This document shows, piece by piece, positions 59,377 to 64,000 of a stretch of DNA of 64,000 nt. Where the stretch lies: positions 1-64,000 of the forward strand of contig JBHLRP010000014.1 in NCBI GenBank assembly GCA_048882485.1, written 5' to 3'. The notes beneath the pieces were generated by a model, which saw nothing but the letters and a program-made list of their open reading frames with translations, did no database searches and had not been told where the DNA came from. The stretch is from Candidatus Thorarchaeota archaeon. Its GTDB lineage: Archaea; Asgardarchaeota; Thorarchaeia; Thorarchaeales; Thorarchaeaceae. How positions within the stretch are numbered: position 1 is the first letter of the stretch; each line of letters begins with the position of its first letter. The position numbers were made by a program, and so were the translations under genes.

Positions 59377-61269
59377 CTAGAGGATCAATTTGAAGACATA
59401 CTCATTCTCTTGGATATTGGGATAGCTCTCCAAAGTCATTGATAGGCCGAACTTCTGCAGAAACCTGATCATAGGCTGATTCTTTGGATGCACATAAGCA
59501 ATGAAAGCCTTCACACCTTTGCTCTTTGCTATTCGCATCAAGTGAGAAAGCAGGAATGTTCCAATACCCCTCTTTTGGTAGTCATCTTGGATGAGAATGG
59601 CAAACTCAGCCTCATTCTTGTGCCAGTCAAGAAGATATCTTCCCGCACCAATTATCTTCTCAGTGGTGCCTTCATCATCACAACAGATTGTTGCCACTAT
59701 GCTGATGTCTCTTGACTGGTCTACGTTGTAAAAGTCTTGCAATGTCTGCCTTTGGAGGCTCTCAAGATGTGTAAGGAATCTGAAGAAGATTGATTCTTCG
59801 CTCAGGTCATAGAATAGCTCCTTGATTCTATCCGTGTCATCAGGTCTGATCAATCTGAACCGAACATCGATCTCGCCTTCAGGTCCCTCGAAGGTTTCGT
59901 GCACCTCATATTCAAGGGGGAAGTATGTGCCTTTTACCTGAAACGGGATTTGGTCTGAGAATACATAACGCATCTCTTTCGCCGCTTCAAGCAGGTCGTT
60001 CCGGAACTTGGGATGTGCGATGGCAATGAGCGATAACACACGCTCGCGGATGGTCCTTCCTCTGAGAGTTGCTTGTCCATACTCAGTGATGACTACTTCG
60101 ACGTCACCACGTGTTGTTACTACTCCTGCTCCCTCACTTAGACGTGGCACAATCCTTGAAACAGCGCCATCCAATGCAGTAGATGTCATGCATATGATGG
60201 CCTTTCCACCAGGTGACATGGATGCTCCTCTGATGAAGTCCACTTGCCCCCCGATTCCACTGTAAAACCTGTGACCTATAGAGTCAGAGCACACCTGCCC
60301 CGTTAAGTCCACTTCTAAAGCTGAGTTGATAGCCACCATCTTGTGGTTTTGTGCAATAATGGATGGATTGTTGACATACGATGTTTCTCGAAACTCAAAC
60401 ATCGGGTTATTGTCAACATAGTCATAGAGTTTCTGTGTGCCCATCGCGAAGCTTGTGGTGATTTTCCCCCGGTTGATACTCTTCCTTTTATTGGTCACAA
60501 TTCCACTTTCAATCAAATCGATGATGGAATCTCCGAATCGCTCAGTATGAATCCCCAAATCCTTCACATCGGATTCTAACAGATGTTTGACGACAGATCT
60601 CTGAAGCCTTCCTATCCCCAGCTCCATAGTTGATTCATTCTCGATTAGCCTCGCCACATAGCTCCCTATGAGGTCACTTTTCTCATCTGTTTCCTCGGGC
60701 TTGTACTCCCTTAATGGTTCATTATGACATACAAGATGGTCAATGTCACGGATATGAAAGAACGAGTCACCGTGGGTGACTGGCACATTCTCATTGACCT
60801 GAGCAATCACTAAGTCTGCATTTTCAGCGGCCGACCTTGTGATGTCGACCGATATACCCAGAGAGCAGTACCCATGTTCGTCAGGAGGGCTGACTTGAAT
60901 CAGAGCTACATCCAATGGAATCCTCTTTGAGCTGAAGAACCTAGGGATGTCTGAGAGATGAGTGGGAGTGTAGTCCGCTCTGCCCTCGTATACTGCTGAG
61001 CGTATATTGTCTGAAACAAAGAAGGTATTGTGTCTGAAATGTTCCTGAAAATGTGGGTCTGCAGAGGGCGTGTCGCCTAGAGTAATCATGTGGATTATCT
61101 CATTGTCTGCCATCTTGGGTGCGTTCTTTGCCAGCTCCTGCATTAGATGGAACGGTACTCCACAGCCTGTTCCAAGGAAGATACGCGTACCTCGCTTGAT
61201 TTTCTTTATGGCTTGGTCCGCTGACAGCATCTTGTCCTTGTACTTGTCAGTCCATTCCTCACAGGCCAT
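59377..61269 (-). CDS. Acetyl-CoA hydrolase/CoA-transferase fused to a C-terminal GNAT (copy 1)
   Basis: GIHTE, GIGGQVDF, DYQKRGIG. Confidence 0.9.
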   Translation of the reverse strand: MACEEWTDKYKDKMLSADQAIKKIKRGTRIFLGTGCGVPFHLMQELAKNAPKMADNEIIHMITLGDTPSADPHFQEHFRHNTFFVSDNIRSAVYEGRADYTPTHLSDIPRFFSSKRIPLDVALIQVSPPDEHGYCSLGISVDITRSAAENADLVIAQVNENVPVTHGDSFFHIRDIDHLVCHNEPLREYKPEETDEKSDLIGSYVARLIENESTMELGIGRLQRSVVKHLLESDVKDLGIHTERFGDSIIDLIESGIVTNKRKSINRGKITTSFAMGTQKLYDYVDNNPMFEFRETSYVNNPSIIAQNHKMVAINSALEVDLTGQVCSDSIGHRFYSGIGGQVDFIRGASMSPGGKAIICMTSTALDGAVSRIVPRLSEGAGVVTTRGDVEVVITEYGQATLRGRTIRERVLSLIAIAHPKFRNDLLEAAKEMRYVFSDQIPFQVKGTYFPLEYEVHETFEGPEGEIDVRFRLIRPDDTDRIKELFYDLSEESIFFRFLTHLESLQRQTLQDFYNVDQSRDISIVATICCDDEGTTEKIIGAGRYLLDWHKNEAEFAILIQDDYQKRGIGTFLLSHLMRIAKSKGVKAFIAYVHPKNQPMIRFLQKFGLSMTLESYPNIQENEYVFKLIL

Positions 61270-61340
61270 ACATCTCGCCTCTGGATTGCTGGCTTCAAGG
61301 TCTTACGGGGCATATAGAGATTTCCAACAGGCTAAGGAGA

Positions 61341-63227
61341 TTAGAGTTTGAGCTTGAAGGTATACTCGTCGTCCTGAATGCTAAGATGACTCTCAACTAT
61401 TTTGCCTGTCTTATGCAGGAATCTAATCATAGGCTGATTCTTCGGGTGCACGAAAGCAACAAAGGCTTCTACGCCTTTGCTCTTGGCAATCCTCATTAGA
61501 TGAGTTAGCATGAAACTCCCAATTCCAATTCCTTGATACTCATCTCGAACAAGTAGTGCAAACTCAGCCTCATTGGTGCTTCTATTGAGCAAATACCTCC
61601 CTGCTCCTATGATTCTCTCTGCTTCACCTTCAGTGTCCGGACTGATAACTGCCACAATTGAAACATCCCGGTCGGCATCTACATCATAGAAGTCTTGCAA
61701 GGTGCGTCTGGGTAGACTCCTTAGAGGCGTCAAGAACCTGAAGTATATGCTCTCTTCTGAGAGGCCATAGAATAGATCTTTTATCCTGTCGGAATCGTCG
61801 GGCCGAGTGAGTCTAAAGCGGACATTGATAGGTCCCTCGACACCCTTGAACGATTCTTGATACTCGTATTCTGTTGGGAAGTAAGTTCCTTTCACTTGAA
61901 ATGGTACCTGATCCTCGAACACATAGTGCATCTTCTTTGCCGCGTCAAGCAACTCATTCCTGAAGTCGGGATGTGCAACTGCGATCAGTGATAGCACTCG
62001 TTCTCTAATGGTCTTGCCGTGCAATATAGCTAGACCAAACTCAGTTATAACGACATCAACATCTCCTCGTGTCGTGACCACGCCTGCCCCTTCACTCAGC
62101 CGGGGCACAATCCGTGAAACCTTGCCATCCATGGCTGTTGACTGCATACAGATAATAGCTTTCCCGCCTGGCGATCTCGACGCTCCACGGATGAAGTCTA
62201 CTTGTCCGCCAATCCCACTGTAGAACTTATGACCAATCGAGTCTGCGCACACCTGCCCCGTCAGGTCAATCTCAAGAGCTGAATTGATAGCTATCATCTT
62301 TTTGTTCTGACCTATGACATATGGGTCATTGACGTAGGCTGTGTCATGAAAGTGGAACATTGGATTATTGTTAATGTAGTCGTAGAGTAGCTTTGTTCCC
62401 ATGGCAAAACTTGCGATGACTTGCCCTTTGTGAATGCTCTTCTTCTTGTTCGTAACAACTCCACTCTCAATCAGAGGAATTAGACTGTCGCTAAACATCT
62501 CAGTGTGGATTCCTATGTCTTTGACACCAGTTTCTTGCAGATTCTTACAGACAGCTTGCGGCAGAGCACCTATTCCTAGCTCCAGAGTAGACTCATTCTC
62601 AATGAGTCGAGCTACATAGGAGCCAATCAGGTCTATGGTTTCATCACCCTCATGTGACTCGAACTCTCTCAGAGGTTCATTGAATGGAACCAGATAATCG
62701 ATATCCCTGATATCAATGAATGAATCTCCGTGGGTGACTGGCATTTTACCATTGACTTGAGCTATGACAAGGTCTGCACTCTCTGCAGCGGATTTTGTGA
62801 TGTCAACCGAGATGCCCAATGAGCTGAACCCATGCTCATCAGGTGGGCTGATCTGAATCAATGCAACATCTAGAGGCATTCTCTTGGTCCGAAAGAGACG
62901 GGGAATATCAGAGAGCATGATTGGGGAGTAGTCAGCTCGGCCCTCTGAAACTGCCTCACGGATGTTCTCTGATACGAAGAAGGTGTTATGCCTGAAATGT
63001 GCCTGAAACTTCGGGTCTGCGGAAGGTGTGTCGCCTAGAGTCAACAGATGGACTATCTCATTGTCCGACATCTGGTTAGCATGAGTTGCTAACTCCTGCA
63101 CCAGATGGTATGGCACACCACATCCTGTTCCCAGGAAAATGCGAGTCCCTCTCTTGATCTTCTTGATGGCCTCCCTGGATGAAAGTATCTTCTTCTTGTA
63201 CTTCTCGTCCCATCTGGCTCCAGACAT
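61341..63227 (-). CDS. Acetyl-CoA hydrolase/CoA-transferase fused to a C-terminal GNAT (copy 2)
   Basis: GIHTEMF, GIGGQVDF, EYQGIGIG. Colinear paralog of copy 1. Confidence 0.9.
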   Translation of the reverse strand: MSGARWDEKYKKKILSSREAIKKIKRGTRIFLGTGCGVPYHLVQELATHANQMSDNEIVHLLTLGDTPSADPKFQAHFRHNTFFVSENIREAVSEGRADYSPIMLSDIPRLFRTKRMPLDVALIQISPPDEHGFSSLGISVDITKSAAESADLVIAQVNGKMPVTHGDSFIDIRDIDYLVPFNEPLREFESHEGDETIDLIGSYVARLIENESTLELGIGALPQAVCKNLQETGVKDIGIHTEMFSDSLIPLIESGVVTNKKKSIHKGQVIASFAMGTKLLYDYINNNPMFHFHDTAYVNDPYVIGQNKKMIAINSALEIDLTGQVCADSIGHKFYSGIGGQVDFIRGASRSPGGKAIICMQSTAMDGKVSRIVPRLSEGAGVVTTRGDVDVVITEFGLAILHGKTIRERVLSLIAVAHPDFRNELLDAAKKMHYVFEDQVPFQVKGTYFPTEYEYQESFKGVEGPINVRFRLTRPDDSDRIKDLFYGLSEESIYFRFLTPLRSLPRRTLQDFYDVDADRDVSIVAVISPDTEGEAERIIGAGRYLLNRSTNEAEFALLVRDEYQGIGIGSFMLTHLMRIAKSKGVEAFVAFVHPKNQPMIRFLHKTGKIVESHLSIQDDEYTFKLKL

Positions 63228-63387
63228 TGTAATCCCTCTTTTCAATGGGGCGATGCCGATTATGATTGCATATAGGCGTTTGCAAACAGACAATGAATCC
63301 TGTTGCAAGTGTCATGTAAGAAACCTTATCAGTTAGTAGCCTCGCGCGACGGCACAAGACTCGACAATTATTCAGGTGAATTCTCTG

Positions 63388-64000
63388 ATGTCTCAAGAAG
63401 AGGTTGGAAACAGGAATCTGGTGATTCTTGGTGCAATCATAGTTCAATTATGTCTAGGTTCAATCTACGCCTGGTCTTTCTTCCAAACAGCACTTAGAGG
63501 CGGTGCATATACGTGGTCTGCGTTCTTTACCCAGCTACCATTTGCAGCCGGACTTGCTTCTTTTGCTTTATTCATGATATTTGCGGGAAGATGGCAGGAT
63601 AGGATTGGCCCACGAAAGGTCGCCACTGTCGGCGGTGTGCTTCTAGGTGCAGGCTATATTCTGGCTTTCATGGTTGATATAGTAGCAGCTGGTAACGAGA
63701 TGATTGGAACTCTCTGGCTCATTATCACCTACGGAATCATTGGTGGGGCTGGAATTGGTTTTGCTTATGTATGTCCTATTGCAGCACTTGTAAAGTGGTT
63801 CCCAGATAAGAAGGGCACAATCACCGGTATTGCAGTTGCTGGCTTTGGAGGCGGTGCACTTGTTTTTGGCTACGTTGAAGAGTTCTTGCTTGGTCTGTTC
63901 AATGTTCCAACAACTCAACAGGTAGGGTCACCCTTCCTGATTCTAGGTGTAATCTATCTTGTTCTGGTGGTTCTTGGTGCTCAGGTCCTTACGAATCCTC
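63388..64000 (+). CDS. OFA-family MFS transporter (truncated by the window end)
   Basis: Manual translation MSQEEVGNRNLVILGAIIVQLCLGSIYAWS...AGRWQDRIGPR...KWFPDKKG. Confidence 0.88.
   Translation, partial: MSQEEVGNRNLVILGAIIVQLCLGSIYAWSFFQTALRGGAYTWSAFFTQLPFAAGLASFALFMIFAGRWQDRIGPRKVATVGGVLLGAGYILAFMVDIVAAGNEMIGTLWLIITYGIIGGAGIGFAYVCPIAALVKWFPDKKGTITGIAVAGFGGGALVFGYVEEFLLGLFNVPTTQQVGSPFLILGVIYLVLVVLGAQVLTNP

Noticed and set aside
1-64000. CRISPR array, cas genes, transposase or integrase
   Set aside because: No regularly spaced repeats and no recognisable Cas, DDE or recombinase motifs in any ORF.

Overview
This is an archaeal chromosomal segment, most consistent with an Asgard archaeon of the Thorarchaeota type. 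That assignment is inferred from S30e, a longin-like/Arf-type GTPase, many TPR proteins, the mch/fwdC/ftr genes and frequent TTG/GTG starts. Most of the window is housekeeping: RNA processing (RNase HII, fibrillarin, Nop5, Elp3, archease, SPOUT MTase, Lsm, SRP19, Gar1, RlmE, Trm1), rpl3-4-23-2, cdrS-like/ftsZ, pyrimidine synthesis, H4MPT C1 enzymes and a membrane PPase. It also holds a stand-alone 5S rRNA and five tRNAs, three of them with introns, one in the T-loop. Four observations stand out. (1) A ~7.5 kb island of TPR/HEAT solenoid genes is bounded by a 64-bp duplication of the 3' half of the 5S rRNA gene, suggesting 5S rRNA serves as an integration site, with no integrase inside. (2) A structured intergenic region at 15.55-15.8 kb contains a candidate over-long box C/D RNA. 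(3) A HypD-like glycyl radical enzyme lacks the catalytic CxE glutamate and sits just before rpl3. (4) A candidate structured leader lies upstream of rpl3. All family calls come from motif recognition, not database searches.
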